Source of the DNA: a virus
Taxonomy: Duplodnaviria > Caudoviricetes
IMG/VR virus record: IMGVR_UViG_2872728642_000001
Location: 1-64,000 of that record
DNA: 64,000 nt
Reading direction: 5' to 3' (one strand)
Shown here: piece after piece, positions 43,833 through 53,433 of the stretch
How the letters are laid out: every line of letters starts with the position of its first letter
Numbering within the stretch: position 1 is the first letter of the stretch
Made by a program: the position numbers and the translations under genes
The notes under the pieces: model-generated
The model's database searches: none
What the model saw: only the letters and a program-made list of their open reading frames with translations
Told to the model about the DNA's origin: nothing

Positions 43833-44122
43833 GGGGTTCTCCTTTCTCGTGCTGCTTTGCGCTGCAGGCGGCGCCGGTAGGCGCTGCGCTCGTCTTCGTC
43901 GAGGCCTCCGGCGACGCCGTATTGCGCTGCGCTGGCCTGCAGATGGAAGTCCAGACATTCGGTCAGGACGGGGCAGGTGCGGCAGAACTGCTTGGCCCGC
44001 TCGATGCGGGCTTCCTTCTGCTTGGGGGTCTCGCGGGGTTCGCCTTCGCCTGGGCCGAAGAACAGGGCGAGGTTCTGGCCCCGGCAGGCGGCGCTGTTCC
44101 GCCACCCCTTGTGGGCGGACAT
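43826..44122 (-). CDS. whiB-like: WhiB-family Fe-S transcription regulator
   Basis: W...AAC, LFF, AK..CRTCPV..EC and YGVAGG. Confidence 0.9.
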   Translation of the reverse strand: MSAHKGWRNSAACRGQNLALFFGPGEGEPRETPKQKEARIERAKQFCRTCPVLTECLDFHLQASAAQYGVAGGLDEDERSAYRRRLQRKAARERRTPC

Positions 44123-44418
44123 CAACGCCTCCGCTCGGTGAGCCCCATTTCGCGCGCGGCGGCGCTGTACCGTTCGACCTGGCGTAGCGACATCCGCGTC
44201 TCAGCGGCGATCTGCTGCAGCGTCTTGCCGGTGTTGATCAGCTCTGCGACGCGTTGCGCTTTGGCGAGGCTCCTCGGCGTGACGGGGATCCAGGCCGGCG
44301 CGGATTCGGGCCGGATGACTCGGTATCCCGCGTTGCCGAGCGCGTCGAGGATGTCGGTGGCGTTGGGGGCGGCGGACGTGAGGGCGTCGGTGATGACCTC
44401 GGTCGCCGTGTTACTCAT
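44122..44418 (-). CDS. HTH DNA-binding protein
   Basis: GKTLQQIAAETRMSLRQVERY. Confidence 0.75.
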   Translation of the reverse strand: MSNTATEVITDALTSAAPNATDILDALGNAGYRVIRPESAPAWIPVTPRSLAKAQRVAELINTGKTLQQIAAETRMSLRQVERYSAAAREMGLTERRR

Positions 44419-44443
44419 GGGCCTTTCTCCTGCTCATCCGCTT

Positions 44444-44464
44444 GATTGCGGTACCGCTGTCGGC
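44444..44464. promoter_or_regulatory. Dispersed motif, copy 7
   Basis: GATTGCGGTACCGCTGTCGGC. Confidence 0.6.
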
Positions 44465-45391
44465 TCATGCTGTCTGGCGCAGCTTGCCGAGGTTGAGCTC
44501 CGCCCGGATCAGGAGGCGTTCCAGGGCTGCCCAGGTGGTGCCGAGCCGTTCAGCGAGTCGTTCTCCGTCGATCTGCTGCGTGTTCGGGTTGATCGGCGGG
44601 TCGGTGGCGAGGATGAACCGGGCGTCCTCGAGGAGGGCCTGGGTGTTACGCATGAGGCGGGCCCCGTCGAGGGTGCCTCTCTTCTGGAGCAGCTTGAGGT
44701 GGGTGTCGCACAGCAGGCGTTCGTCCTTCGACCCGTTGATGCAGGTCGGGTAGGAGCAGCGAACGACTTGCCACGGTTTGGCCTCGGGGTCGTCGATGAC
44801 GTCGGCCCACGCTGCCGCTGGATACCAGCCGCTCGCGGCTGCCTGAGTGCTGGTGCTGGTCACAACAGCAGGGCGGCAGTGCTCGTACGGGTCGAGACCA
44901 ACCAGCTCCTCATACGTCTCCCGCAGTTGGCGCGCGGTCCGGAGGAGGACCGTTGTTCTCTCACCGCGTCGGAGCTGCTTCTGGCTGTCCCAACTGGCTC
45001 CCATGTGGTCGGCCACGTGGCGCACGGGCCAGCCTGCGACGGAGAGCGCGCGCAGGCGTCTCATCGATCCCACCGCGTTGATCAGGTGGTGGTCCGGCAG
45101 GTCGTCCACAGTGACCGTGAGGATTGCGTCGGACGTCCGCGCCGAGATCCGAGCTGGTGGAGGGAGCTTCCGGTATGCGCTTCCCTCGATGATGTGGCGA
45201 ACAGCCGTGTGGGTCAGCCCGGCTAGTTGGCCGATGGCCTCATAGCTGATGAGCCAGGTCCTGTGCAGTTGCAACACGTGCTGGCGTGCCTGCTGAGCAT
45301 CGACAAGGCCCCGCCAGGTGCCCGCCTTCACTTTCTTGTCGCGTTCCTGCCCATAGCGGCGGCGTGCTTCGGCGACCGCGTCCCGGCTCAC
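44465..45391 (-). CDS. Protein with two XRE-like HTH repeats and a C-terminal Zn motif
   Basis: VDAQQARQHV..L and INAVGSMRRLRAL...GW repeats; C...C...LC..H. Confidence 0.6.
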   Translation of the reverse strand: MSRDAVAEARRRYGQERDKKVKAGTWRGLVDAQQARQHVLQLHRTWLISYEAIGQLAGLTHTAVRHIIEGSAYRKLPPPARISARTSDAILTVTVDDLPDHHLINAVGSMRRLRALSVAGWPVRHVADHMGASWDSQKQLRRGERTTVLLRTARQLRETYEELVGLDPYEHCRPAVVTSTSTQAAASGWYPAAAWADVIDDPEAKPWQVVRCSYPTCINGSKDERLLCDTHLKLLQKRGTLDGARLMRNTQALLEDARFILATDPPINPNTQQIDGERLAERLGTTWAALERLLIRAELNLGKLRQTA

Positions 45392-45948
45392 TGGGTCATC
45401 TCCGGCCACGTCAGCTTGTCCAGCGCGGCGCGGTGCGCCTTCGGCATGTCCGCGAGCGGGTGCCCGAGGTGGTCGGAACCCAGCGCGGCCAGCGTCGCGG
45501 CGTCGGCCATGTTGTGGTCGCCCCCGGTGACGAACATCGGCAGACGGCGGGCGATCGAATCGACGATCTCGCCCTTGCTGCCGCTGCCTTTTCCGAGCGC
45601 GTACGTCTTCAGCGTGGCCTGCGGCACCTCGACGACGGGCACCCCGGCCTCCGCGATGATGCCCATCGTCCGGTAGTAGAGGTACGAGCGTTCACCGGCG
45701 CCGCCGCGGCCACCGTCCTGCCGGTTGAACACCAGCTTCTCGACGAGGACGAGGTGGGCGTGCTCGGCCCTGGTGAGCACGATGATGCGACTGGCCAGGT
45801 CGTTGAGCGTCCGGTACTTGGTGAGCAGGGGCATGTTGGTGATGCCGTCTCGGCCGACCTTTTCGCACCAGCCGAGGCCGTTGGCCATGCCGGTGGCGGT
45901 GAGGGAGAGGTCGAGGCCGACGACGTGGAAGGGGATCACGGTTTCCAT
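45388..45948 (-). CDS. RuvC-like Holliday junction resolvase
   Basis: VVGLDLSLTATG, VLVE, LKTYALGKG..SK, N.ADA. Confidence 0.82.
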   Translation of the reverse strand: METVIPFHVVGLDLSLTATGMANGLGWCEKVGRDGITNMPLLTKYRTLNDLASRIIVLTRAEHAHLVLVEKLVFNRQDGGRGGAGERSYLYYRTMGIIAEAGVPVVEVPQATLKTYALGKGSGSKGEIVDSIARRLPMFVTGGDHNMADAATLAALGSDHLGHPLADMPKAHRAALDKLTWPEMTQ

Positions 45949-46169
45949 TCCTTCGGGGTTCTGAGGACCTTGTGTAGGTCGTGGTCAAGGAAGAAGTCGG
46001 ACCACAATGCGGGGTTGGCGGCGACTTGCTCGGCCGGCCGGGCGGCCCGCTGGTCGCGGTTGCTGCGGGAGCGTCGCCGCTCAGCGCGATGGGCGAGGAG
46101 TGAGAGGACGACGATCCCGGCGGCGGCCAGCACGGTGAGCGCGCCGATCGCCGCCAGGACGTCTTTCAC
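45936..46169 (-). CDS. Small membrane protein
   Basis: N-terminal TM helix; GTGA overlap. Confidence 0.55.
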   Translation of the reverse strand: MKDVLAAIGALTVLAAAGIVVLSLLAHRAERRRSRSNRDQRAARPAEQVAANPALWSDFFLDHDLHKVLRTPKEWKP

Positions 46170-46549
46170 GTGGTGCCGCCCTCGCGGGCGTCGAGCTTGG
46201 CGCGCAGCGCGGTCTTCTCTGCGGCGGTGGCGAGCAGGTCACGCTCGGCCGATTCGGCCCGCTGCACCTGCCCGCTCAGCTCCTCGTTCAGCTTGTAAGC
46301 CAGCTCGGACGCGGCTTCGTACTGGGCTCGGAGCCCGATCATCTCGGTCTCGATGTCGCGTCGCATCATCTCGGCGCCGACGATCAGCCCAAGGAGGATG
46401 CCGACAAACATGCAGACGGTCGCGATGACCAGCGCCCACACACCGCCGAAGACGACCAGGCCGCCGAAGAACGCGACGAACACGCCGAGCACGAAGTACT
46501 TCTGGTACGGCTCAACCTTCGCGACGGCGATCTCGAACCTGGTCTTCAC
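46166..46549 (-). CDS. Membrane protein with C-terminal coiled coil
   Basis: Two TM helices then heptads. Confidence 0.6.
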   Translation of the reverse strand: MKTRFEIAVAKVEPYQKYFVLGVFVAFFGGLVVFGGVWALVIATVCMFVGILLGLIVGAEMMRRDIETEMIGLRAQYEAASELAYKLNEELSGQVQRAESAERDLLATAAEKTALRAKLDAREGGTT

Positions 46550-46899
46550 TTCGTGACCTCGCCCTCGATACTGAGGATGTTGGGGTAGGACGAGGTGACT
46601 TCGACGCGCCACCCGTTGACCTTGAGCCGGTAGGTGCGGCCGGGCTTGATCGCGCCGTAGATGTCGGAGCTGTCGAACTTCAAGCTCAGCCAGGCGTCCG
46701 TGTTCTCATACACGCCCCGATCCGTGAAGATGAGGTACCTGCACGAGCGGCTGCTGTCGCAGACCCGCTCCTTCGACTCCACGGTGGCGGTCTCGATGCG
46801 GCCGGTGCCGGTCTTCGCCACCGCGACGCCGATGATGATCGCGAGGATGAGCGCGAAGAAGATGAGCCCGCCGATGACCTCGACGTCGTGGCGCCTCAT
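46546..46899 (-). CDS. Membrane-anchored OB-fold-like phage protein
   Basis: TM helix then V..KER.C...YLIFT..G..EN.D......KFDSSD.Y...GWR. Confidence 0.65.
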   Translation of the reverse strand: MRRHDVEVIGGLIFFALILAIIIGVAVAKTGTGRIETATVESKERVCDSSRSCRYLIFTDRGVYENTDAWLSLKFDSSDIYGAIKPGRTYRLKVNGWRVEVTSSYPNILSIEGEVTK

Positions 46900-47279
46900 C
46901 GGCCACCGCCCTGGAGAGCGACGTCGATGCGCGCCTGCTGGTCGGCGGGGACGTACGGCCTCGTCATCTCGGCGATGAGCTTGGTCGCGGGCCGGCCCGC
47001 GAAGCTCTCCCCTTCGCCCGGTTTGTCCACGCGTAGCGCTTCCACGGTGAAGGGAGGGATCTCGACGCCGTGCTTGCGGAGCGCGGTGGCGAGGGATTCG
47101 ACGTCGGGCAGCTCGCATGGGGTGTATCCGATCCAGAAGACCTCGACGTCCTCCCCGTCGATGGAGGCGGGAGGGTCGAACGCCGTGGCCCAGTAAGTGT
47201 TGAGAGGTGCATCCCAGCCGACCGTGATGACGCGGTCTTCGGGTGAGTCGGGCGGGTTGGGGATGGTGTAGCGGCTCAT
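46896..47279 (-). CDS. Hypothetical
   Basis: VGWD.PL.TYWA motif; AAGGA RBS. Confidence 0.65.
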   Translation of the reverse strand: MSRYTIPNPPDSPEDRVITVGWDAPLNTYWATAFDPPASIDGEDVEVFWIGYTPCELPDVESLATALRKHGVEIPPFTVEALRVDKPGEGESFAGRPATKLIAEMTRPYVPADQQARIDVALQGGGR

Positions 47280-47327
47280 GACTTCCTTAGTGGTCGGTGT
47301 CGGCGCGGGCCGGTCACGATGCTGAGG

Positions 47328-47582
47328 TCAGATGGCGGCGTTTTCGCGGGCGTACCGCTCGTTGTCGAGCTTCTGCAGCGAGGCCACGATGTCGCCGCGC
47401 CAGCCGACGACGGCGCCGGACAGCTTGTCGGCGATCTGCAGGGCCTCCAGGAGGGCGGCCCGGTCATTTAGCGCCGCGGGGTAGCGGCGGTTCCCCATCG
47501 CGAGGACGGTTTCCTGGTCGGTCAGCCGATGTTCGACCGTGGCGGGGGTGACGTCGTCGTACTCGACGGTGATGGACTTCAT
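47328..47582 (-). CDS. Hypothetical
   Basis: AAGGAG RBS; 84 aa. Confidence 0.6.
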   Translation of the reverse strand: MKSITVEYDDVTPATVEHRLTDQETVLAMGNRRYPAALNDRAALLEALQIADKLSGAVVGWRGDIVASLQKLDNERYARENAAI

Positions 47583-47639
47583 GGGGACTCCTTGAGGGGC
47601 GGACCCGTCGTCGGCAGTGCAACGCCGGGCCGAGGTTGA

Positions 47640-48059
47640 TCAGATGAAGTAGTCGGGCTTGAGCGGGGTGTACGGGTCCTCGACCTCCTCGCCGTGCCAG
47701 GCGTTGGCGAGGCGGACGAGGACGACCCACGCGGCGTCGTGGACAGTGCGGGCCAGCGGCGTTCCGAGACGAGCGGCTTCGGACAGGTTCTGGTGCACGT
47801 CGCGGATCCGCTCCAGGCGCTCCCGCTGCTCGTCGAGCTGGTGACGGATGTTGGCGTAGTCCTCGCGAACGGTAGGTTCGGGTATGTACTCGACGAGCAG
47901 CCGGAACGCTTTGCAGAGCAGGCAGTTGCGGCGGTCTTGGCACGTTCCTGCGTGGTGCGCGATCTCGGCGAAAGTGGTGGCACGCCGCTCACGCTCGCGC
48001 TTGTCTCGGGTGAGTCGGTCAGCGCGGAGTGCCGCACGCTGGTCGTTGGTCAGGCGCAT
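47640..48059 (-). CDS. Hypothetical with a H..C..C..C motif
   Basis: TGATG coupling. Confidence 0.6.
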   Translation of the reverse strand: MRLTNDQRAALRADRLTRDKRERERRATTFAEIAHHAGTCQDRRNCLLCKAFRLLVEYIPEPTVREDYANIRHQLDEQRERLERIRDVHQNLSEAARLGTPLARTVHDAAWVVLVRLANAWHGEEVEDPYTPLKPDYFI

Positions 48060-49771
48060 CACTGGCCGCCGTCCGGGGTGACTTCTCCGTCGCTGAGCTT
48101 CTGAAGGAAGGCAGCGAAGTCAGCGTTTGATGCCCCACCAACTGGCGTCTCTATGGCCTGCTCGAACGCGGCGGGCAACTGCTGGTTGGTGCCGCCGAGG
48201 TCGGACCACACGGCGGCGATGCGCTGCTGCAGGTCCTTGCGGCGGGCGGCGGCCTGCTGCATGAGCAGCTTGACCCCGTCGTTCACCTGGGCGGCGTTGA
48301 GCTCCTTCGTCGAGGTGACGGTGACGCCCATGTGCTCGGTGATCCAGGCGAATCGAGCTTCGTCGTTCTTCGCGGCCGACCCCTTGCCGGTGTGGCCCGT
48401 AACTCCTGCCTCGCCGAACCACACGCCGAGGTCGCGCAGCGCCTTGGCGGTGGGCTTCGGCTGCTCCTCGTCCTCGACGACCACCGCGTCCACGATGTCG
48501 TCGCCGTCGTCGGCCGGCGCCGCGGTGTTCTGCGCGCGGGCGGCCTCGAGGAGCGCTTCGGCGCGTTCGGACGCCTTGCGGGGTTCGTCCGCGATCGGAC
48601 CTGCGGCGGGCTGGCCGAGCTGGTCGGCGAACTGCTGGAGCTGCTGCAGGGTCGCGTTCTTCATGGTGGTGCCGGTGCGGTCGCGGAACGCGGTGTGGAG
48701 CTGGCTCGTCGTTCCCGCCCACGCGGTCATGATGTGCTGGCGGATCCGGTCCGCTTCGGGGTCACTCGCCGCCGGCGGCGCGTCCGAGGCTGGCGCCGGG
48801 CTGTGCGGAGGGTCCTCGCGCGGAGCATTGCGCTCGTCCGGCTGTGCAGCGGCCGAGGCGGGTTGTCCCTGTGGGGCGTTCTTGTCCGGCGGCGGGGGGA
48901 AGGTGGCGACGCGGGCCTTGGCCGCGGCCTCGACTTCCTCTCCTCGTCCCTGCCAGGCGGGGTCGAGCTTGGAGGTCCTCCAGACGGCCACGACCGCATC
49001 TCGGTCAGTGGCGGCCTCGATCATCGCAAGGTAGTCGGTCGCGGGCGCGGCCTCGATCGCCCGCTGACCGCCACCACCGCGGCCCAGCTCGGCGCGGCGC
49101 GCGACCTCGCCCGACATCAGCTCGTCGAAGCCGATACCCTCGATCGTCAGGCCGGGCACCATGTACGTGGTCGCCTTGACCACGTTGTCCTTCGGGTCGA
49201 GGAACGAGCCGGTGCGCTCGGCCACGTACAGCCAGGCGTCCACGTACGTCCCCGCGTGGGCCAGGAACTCGGCGGCGTTGGGCAGCTCGGCTGCGGCGTT
49301 GCCGCCCTTGCTGTCCAGCCGCCACAGGCCCAGGCTGGGCACTTCCTTGAGGAAGACACCGAGTCGGGTGTGGGGCTTGCACGGCCGCCTCTTGAGTTCG
49401 ACGTCCGCCCCGCACAGGCACGGGCCGACGAACGGAGCCTGCATCGCGACGCCAGTGCAGCGGCGGATGCACAGCTTGCCGTCCCAGAGCTCCATGTTCT
49501 GGCTCAGGCCGTTGGGCGGGACGATGACGGGGATGCGCTGCGCGTTGGTGATGACCTCGAACTGCGGTCCCTGCGGCGACTTCCATGGCTTGACCTCGCC
49601 GCCGTACTTCTCGGCGACGCCCCGGATCATGTCCTCGGACGGCGACGTGAACCGGAACGTGTCGATCTTGCTGGGATACTCCTTGCCGTTCCGGCTGATC
49701 TTCTTGATGCCGAGGCGGATCCGGCCGTCCTGCCAGTGGCGGCGCTGCAGTACGGAGGGGTCGATGGGCAT
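48059..49771 (-). CDS. phiC31 gp3-like (recombination-directionality-factor-like) protein with a long C-terminal tail
   Basis: GRIRLG, FRFTS, GG..KPW, CIRRC, C.C, CKP.TRL.V.L, G.W.L.SKG.NAA.EL. Confidence 0.7.
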   Translation of the reverse strand: MPIDPSVLQRRHWQDGRIRLGIKKISRNGKEYPSKIDTFRFTSPSEDMIRGVAEKYGGEVKPWKSPQGPQFEVITNAQRIPVIVPPNGLSQNMELWDGKLCIRRCTGVAMQAPFVGPCLCGADVELKRRPCKPHTRLGVFLKEVPSLGLWRLDSKGGNAAAELPNAAEFLAHAGTYVDAWLYVAERTGSFLDPKDNVVKATTYMVPGLTIEGIGFDELMSGEVARRAELGRGGGGQRAIEAAPATDYLAMIEAATDRDAVVAVWRTSKLDPAWQGRGEEVEAAAKARVATFPPPPDKNAPQGQPASAAAQPDERNAPREDPPHSPAPASDAPPAASDPEADRIRQHIMTAWAGTTSQLHTAFRDRTGTTMKNATLQQLQQFADQLGQPAAGPIADEPRKASERAEALLEAARAQNTAAPADDGDDIVDAVVVEDEEQPKPTAKALRDLGVWFGEAGVTGHTGKGSAAKNDEARFAWITEHMGVTVTSTKELNAAQVNDGVKLLMQQAAARRKDLQQRIAAVWSDLGGTNQQLPAAFEQAIETPVGGASNADFAAFLQKLSDGEVTPDGGQ

Positions 49772-50745
49772 CAGGCGGCGTCCTTCCTGGTGGTCTTGCT
49801 CGGGGGCTGAATGGGCTTGTGGCCGCGCATTTCGAGCCCGTGGACGTAGTGCGCGAGCGGCAGCAGCCCGCAGAACGCGTCGAACGCGTCACGGTCGGCC
49901 GGGAGCGGCACGAAGCCGTAGCCGTTCGTACGGAGGTTGAGAATCGCTGCGCCCGCAAACTCCGGAACGGGGAACTCGTGGCTGGCGTCGTGGTCGTCGG
50001 TCTCGCCGTACCTGCACGACGGCGGGCACACCAGGGCAACCTCTGCGTTCCGCAGCGCTGCGAGTTGCAGGAGGTAGTCGTCATAGACGGCGCTGGCTGG
50101 CTTGGTCAGCGAGGTCTTCATATCGATGAGCCACAGCCCGGACGGGGTCGGGATCGGGTCTGCTGGGACCGCGCGCGGCTTGAACTTCGGCGCAATCGGC
50201 GACGTCGGGCCGGGGAACCGCAAGCGGGCCCAGATGTCGCTCGTACCGCCGTACGGGATCGTGCGGTTGAGCACCGTGCACTCGGCCGTCATGATGTCGC
50301 GACGCAGGTCCACCCCGAAGTCGGCGAGGAACTGGCGGTAGGACTCGACGAACGGTTCGGCTTCCTCGTCAGGGATGTACGCCTTGCCGAGATTGATCGC
50401 TTCGCCGATGGCGTGGACGCGAGAGCCGAGGTCAGCCTTCTTGTCCCACTGGACTCGGTACTGCGCCTTGGCCAGCTTGATGAACGCTTCCATGTCGTCG
50501 GGGTCGGCGGCCGCGCGGTTCGCGGCGGGGAGGTTGTCCATCAGCCAGATCGCGGTGTCCCTCGCGGCGGCGGGGGCCAGGGCCTCGATCATGTGCTGGT
50601 CGATGGCGTTGGTGACGGAGATCTTCATCCGGTTGGGGTCGTCCGGGGCAAGCATCGGGTCGCAGTAGTAGCGGCCTGCGCTGGTGGGGACGGCGTGGCT
50701 CGGGTCGTACTCGTCGCGCTCGTCCTCGCGGATGGTGATGCTCAC
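49771..50745 (-). CDS. PD-(D/E)XK exonuclease (RecB/Cas4-like)
   Basis: ISVT, G..VH...E, E, YGGT.D, LIDMKT and Y..QLAA. Confidence 0.85.
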   Translation of the reverse strand: MSITIREDERDEYDPSHAVPTSAGRYYCDPMLAPDDPNRMKISVTNAIDQHMIEALAPAAARDTAIWLMDNLPAANRAAADPDDMEAFIKLAKAQYRVQWDKKADLGSRVHAIGEAINLGKAYIPDEEAEPFVESYRQFLADFGVDLRRDIMTAECTVLNRTIPYGGTSDIWARLRFPGPTSPIAPKFKPRAVPADPIPTPSGLWLIDMKTSLTKPASAVYDDYLLQLAALRNAEVALVCPPSCRYGETDDHDASHEFPVPEFAGAAILNLRTNGYGFVPLPADRDAFDAFCGLLPLAHYVHGLEMRGHKPIQPPSKTTRKDAA

Positions 50746-50945
50746 GCACCACCGCCGAGGTGCCCGTCATAGTCGGCCTGGCCGAACCAGCCGAACCGGT
50801 ATTCGTCCTCGGTCATCGGGTCGAGGGCGGGCCCGCCGCGGTAGCTCGGTCGGCTTGGCGTGAGCTGGGGGTCGTCGGTATTGAGAGCGCCGAGGTAGGC
50901 GGTCAGCTCCGCTTCGGTGGGGAGCGCAGGGCTCGGTGGGGTCAC
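50742..50945 (-). CDS. Small hypothetical
   Basis: GTGA overlaps at both ends. Confidence 0.5.
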   Translation of the reverse strand: MTPPSPALPTEAELTAYLGALNTDDPQLTPSRPSYRGGPALDPMTEDEYRFGWFGQADYDGHLGGGA

Positions 50946-51148
50946 TGGGGGTCCTCTTCGTATTCGGCGGCCAGAAGCTTTCGGCCGGTCTCCTCGACGA
51001 GCTGATAGGCGGCGTCGTAGTCGCCGAGGACGTCGGCGAGCAGACGGGTGAGCGCGGACTTGGCGTCGGAGTTCCAGTGCTCGGCAGCTCTTGTGGCGAT
51101 GAGCTGCGCCAGGTCGTCGGGAGGCGGCGCTTGCGTGATGTTGGTCAT
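50942..51148 (-). CDS. Small hypothetical
   Basis: 68 aa; starts 4 bp from motif copy 8. Confidence 0.5.
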   Translation of the reverse strand: MTNITQAPPPDDLAQLIATRAAEHWNSDAKSALTRLLADVLGDYDAAYQLVEETGRKLLAAEYEEDPQ

Positions 51149-51151
51149 GCT

Positions 51152-51172
51152 GAATGCGGCACCGCTGTTAGC
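51152..51172. promoter_or_regulatory. Dispersed motif, copy 8
   Basis: GAATGCGGCACCGCTGTTAGC; contains the TAA stop of 51168-51467. Confidence 0.65.
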
Positions 51173-51467
51173 GGGGGACGTACTGGACGTGGACGAGGAC
51201 AGCCTTGCCGCCTCCGTCCTTGGTGATGGTGCGGGTAACGGCTTGGAACGTTCCGCTGTCGTCGTTGCGGAAGCCGCGGTAGCCGTTCTTGACTGCGTTG
51301 TACAGGCGGTTGGCGTCACGCCTGCCTTCAGGGGTGTCGGGAGTTTCTGCGACGACAGCCCATCGGTTGGGGTTCTTCTGGAGTTCGGCGGCGATCGGCT
51401 CGTACTCCTTGTTGGTGGGGGTTTTGACAGGCGCCGGGTCTTCCCAGCGAAGGATGCCGTTGGGCAT
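51168..51467 (-). CDS. First early gene, divergent from the repressor
   Basis: 99 aa, WEDP...IA..L..NP..WA; GGAG RBS. Confidence 0.65.
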   Translation of the reverse strand: MPNGILRWEDPAPVKTPTNKEYEPIAAELQKNPNRWAVVAETPDTPEGRRDANRLYNAVKNGYRGFRNDDSGTFQAVTRTITKDGGGKAVLVHVQYVPR

Positions 51468-51576
51468 GGCGATATGACGCTCCGTGGCTTGGGGGTTTGG
51501 TTTGCCGGGTGTTCATCTGTGCGTTCCCGTTTCGGTCGCACACGATCACACCGACATAACCGACACTATCGCGTCC

Positions 51577-51720
51577 TGACGCACCACGCAACGTCTGACG
51601 CGTCTTATGCGTCATCGCAGCTACCTCGCGTATGTCACGCTATGTAATCAGCAACTTCGCGATGACATATCACGCGTTGACGCGTCAGTTGATACCGTTG
51701 CGCCAGACTCGTATGACGCA
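51577..51720. promoter_or_regulatory. TGACGC(A/G) operator-like repeats in the immunity switch region
   Basis: Copies at 51577, 51596, 51608 (reverse), 51678 (palindrome TGACGCGTCA) and 51714. Confidence 0.6.
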
Positions 51721-51751
51721 TCAAACACCCTGAAGGGACACCCAACTCGCC

Positions 51752-52276
51752 GTGGCCGACCTCAATCAGCCCTCAGAAGTAGTTCAGTACCTCATTGATC
51801 GTCGCAAGAATCCCGGAGGGCTCAAGCGAGGCATCCCCACCCGCGCCGCCGCCGCACGCGCAAAGGAACTGGCCCGCGAAGCGATGTCCGAACCCACCTG
51901 GCGACGCATCGAATCGGGCGAGAGGATCCCGGAAGACCGGGAACTCGTGCTCATGGCAGCCGCGATCAACGACCTGGCGGGCGAGCCTCTCGTCACGCCA
52001 GACGACTTGTACGAGCGGAGCCGGCCAATGGCGGCCGAACTGTTCCGCGAGTGGATCCGTGAGCGCACTGCGGCCGACCCAGCGCTTGCGGACATCGACC
52101 CGAAGCTCGCTCCCGACTCCCTGCAGCAGATACTTCAGAAGATGCTTGGCGAAATCCGCGCGCTACGTGGCGTTACAGCCGCCGAGAAGGCCGAGATGGA
52201 GAAGATCCTGCTGTCGAACGTTGAGTCAACGCTGAAGGCGTACGGCGCCCAATTGCGCATCTTCCGACGCAAGTAG
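51752..52276 (+). CDS. XRE-type HTH repressor (immunity repressor candidate)
   Basis: RAAAAR..KE....MSEPTWRRIESG; divergent from the early operon. Confidence 0.7.
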   Translation: MADLNQPSEVVQYLIDRRKNPGGLKRGIPTRAAAARAKELAREAMSEPTWRRIESGERIPEDRELVLMAAAINDLAGEPLVTPDDLYERSRPMAAELFREWIRERTAADPALADIDPKLAPDSLQQILQKMLGEIRALRGVTAAEKAEMEKILLSNVESTLKAYGAQLRIFRRK

Positions 52277-52373
52277 CGGTCGTTCATCCAGTGGCGCAAC
52301 GCCTAGGCACCAAGCTGGAACTACGCGGAGACCCCGCACGCCAACGTCTTCCCCAGCGGCTTGACAACCATTC

Positions 52374-52661
52374 TCACCGCAGGCTAGTGATCTCCTCAGC
52401 AAAGCCTCGAACGGCCGTGCGTTGTTTCTGGCCGAGCGCGAGCACTCGGCGAACGGTGCGCACGCGCCGCCAGCCCGAGATGGCGTGGAACGTTACTGGT
52501 GCAGATACAGCCATGATCCACGCCAGCAGCAGCACCGCCGCCTGGCCGGTCAGTTTGTCCATGTCGATCAGGATGAGAAGGCAAGACGCCGTCGCCACCC
52601 AGCTCACGACCGACATAGTCGCCATGCTGAGCAGCCACACGCGCGCCTCGTAACTGATCAT
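52374..52661 (-). CDS. Small 2-TM membrane protein
   Basis: Two hydrophobic helices and a basic tail. Confidence 0.5.
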   Translation of the reverse strand: MISYEARVWLLSMATMSVVSWVATASCLLILIDMDKLTGQAAVLLLAWIMAVSAPVTFHAISGWRRVRTVRRVLALGQKQRTAVRGFAEEITSLR

Positions 52662-52965
52662 GAAGTTGGTCCCCGTCCTCTCCGCCGCCGACGTCACATA
52701 CCGCCGATGTGCACGGACGGATCCAGTCCGAACACCTCTTAGTACCCCCGCATCGGGCTCCGACTCAGCAGGAGAAAAGACCGGCGACGGAGGCTGGCAA
52801 GCTTGTCGGCTGGCTTACTGCCAGAGCAAACGATCTTTCCCGCAGAGATGAATATTGTCAACTGACGGCTACCATTCCTGCCGGTCGTGTACCGTTGGCA
52901 ATCAGGCTTAATGTAGGCGAACGGCGTCCGAATAGGGCAAGCCGGGCGTGAGGAATGGGGTGGCT

Positions 52966-53382
52966 GTGGCGACCTTCGCCGAGCGGCTAGAAGAAGCGTT
53001 GAAGGACAAGGGCTGGTCCGCCCGTCAAGCCCAGCGCGAAATGAAGCGCACCCATCCGGATCTGGCCATCACCCACGCCTACATCAGCGGTCTGCGGAGG
53101 GGCAAGCGCACCAACCCTTCAACCGAGGTCGTAATCGCGCTAGCGCAGTTGTTTGACGTGTCGGTCAGTTGGCTTCTCGGTGAGGACCCGCCCCCACCGC
53201 AGCTCAGCGCAGAGGACCAGCAACGACACCAAACGGTCCGCGAGGGCCTGGCCGAACTCGGCGTGCAGAACATCGCCGAGCGCATGGTCGGCCTGTCCCC
53301 GCTTTCGCTGGAGGCCATCGAGAAGATGGTCGAGGCGATGCGCCAAGCCGAGCAACTCCACGGCAACACAGACGTGCAGTAG
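52966..53382 (+). CDS. XRE-family HTH regulator
   Basis: FAERL, ITHAYISGLRRGKRTNPS..V..ALAQLF.V...WL. Alternative start at 52948. Confidence 0.88.
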   Translation: MATFAERLEEALKDKGWSARQAQREMKRTHPDLAITHAYISGLRRGKRTNPSTEVVIALAQLFDVSVSWLLGEDPPPPQLSAEDQQRHQTVREGLAELGVQNIAERMVGLSPLSLEAIEKMVEAMRQAEQLHGNTDVQ

Positions 53383-53433
53383 GCGATCCGATCACGGGCG
53401 CGGGTAGCCTGTCGCAGGCCTGACCGAAAGGTT

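Noticed and set aside
43826-44122. WhiB as a novelty
   Set aside because: Common in actinophages; listed as a feature only.
51551-51566. CCGACA direct repeats as a PafBC-type damage promoter (TGTCGG-N10-TANNNT)
   Set aside because: Neither TGTCGG is followed by a TANNNT at the required spacing.
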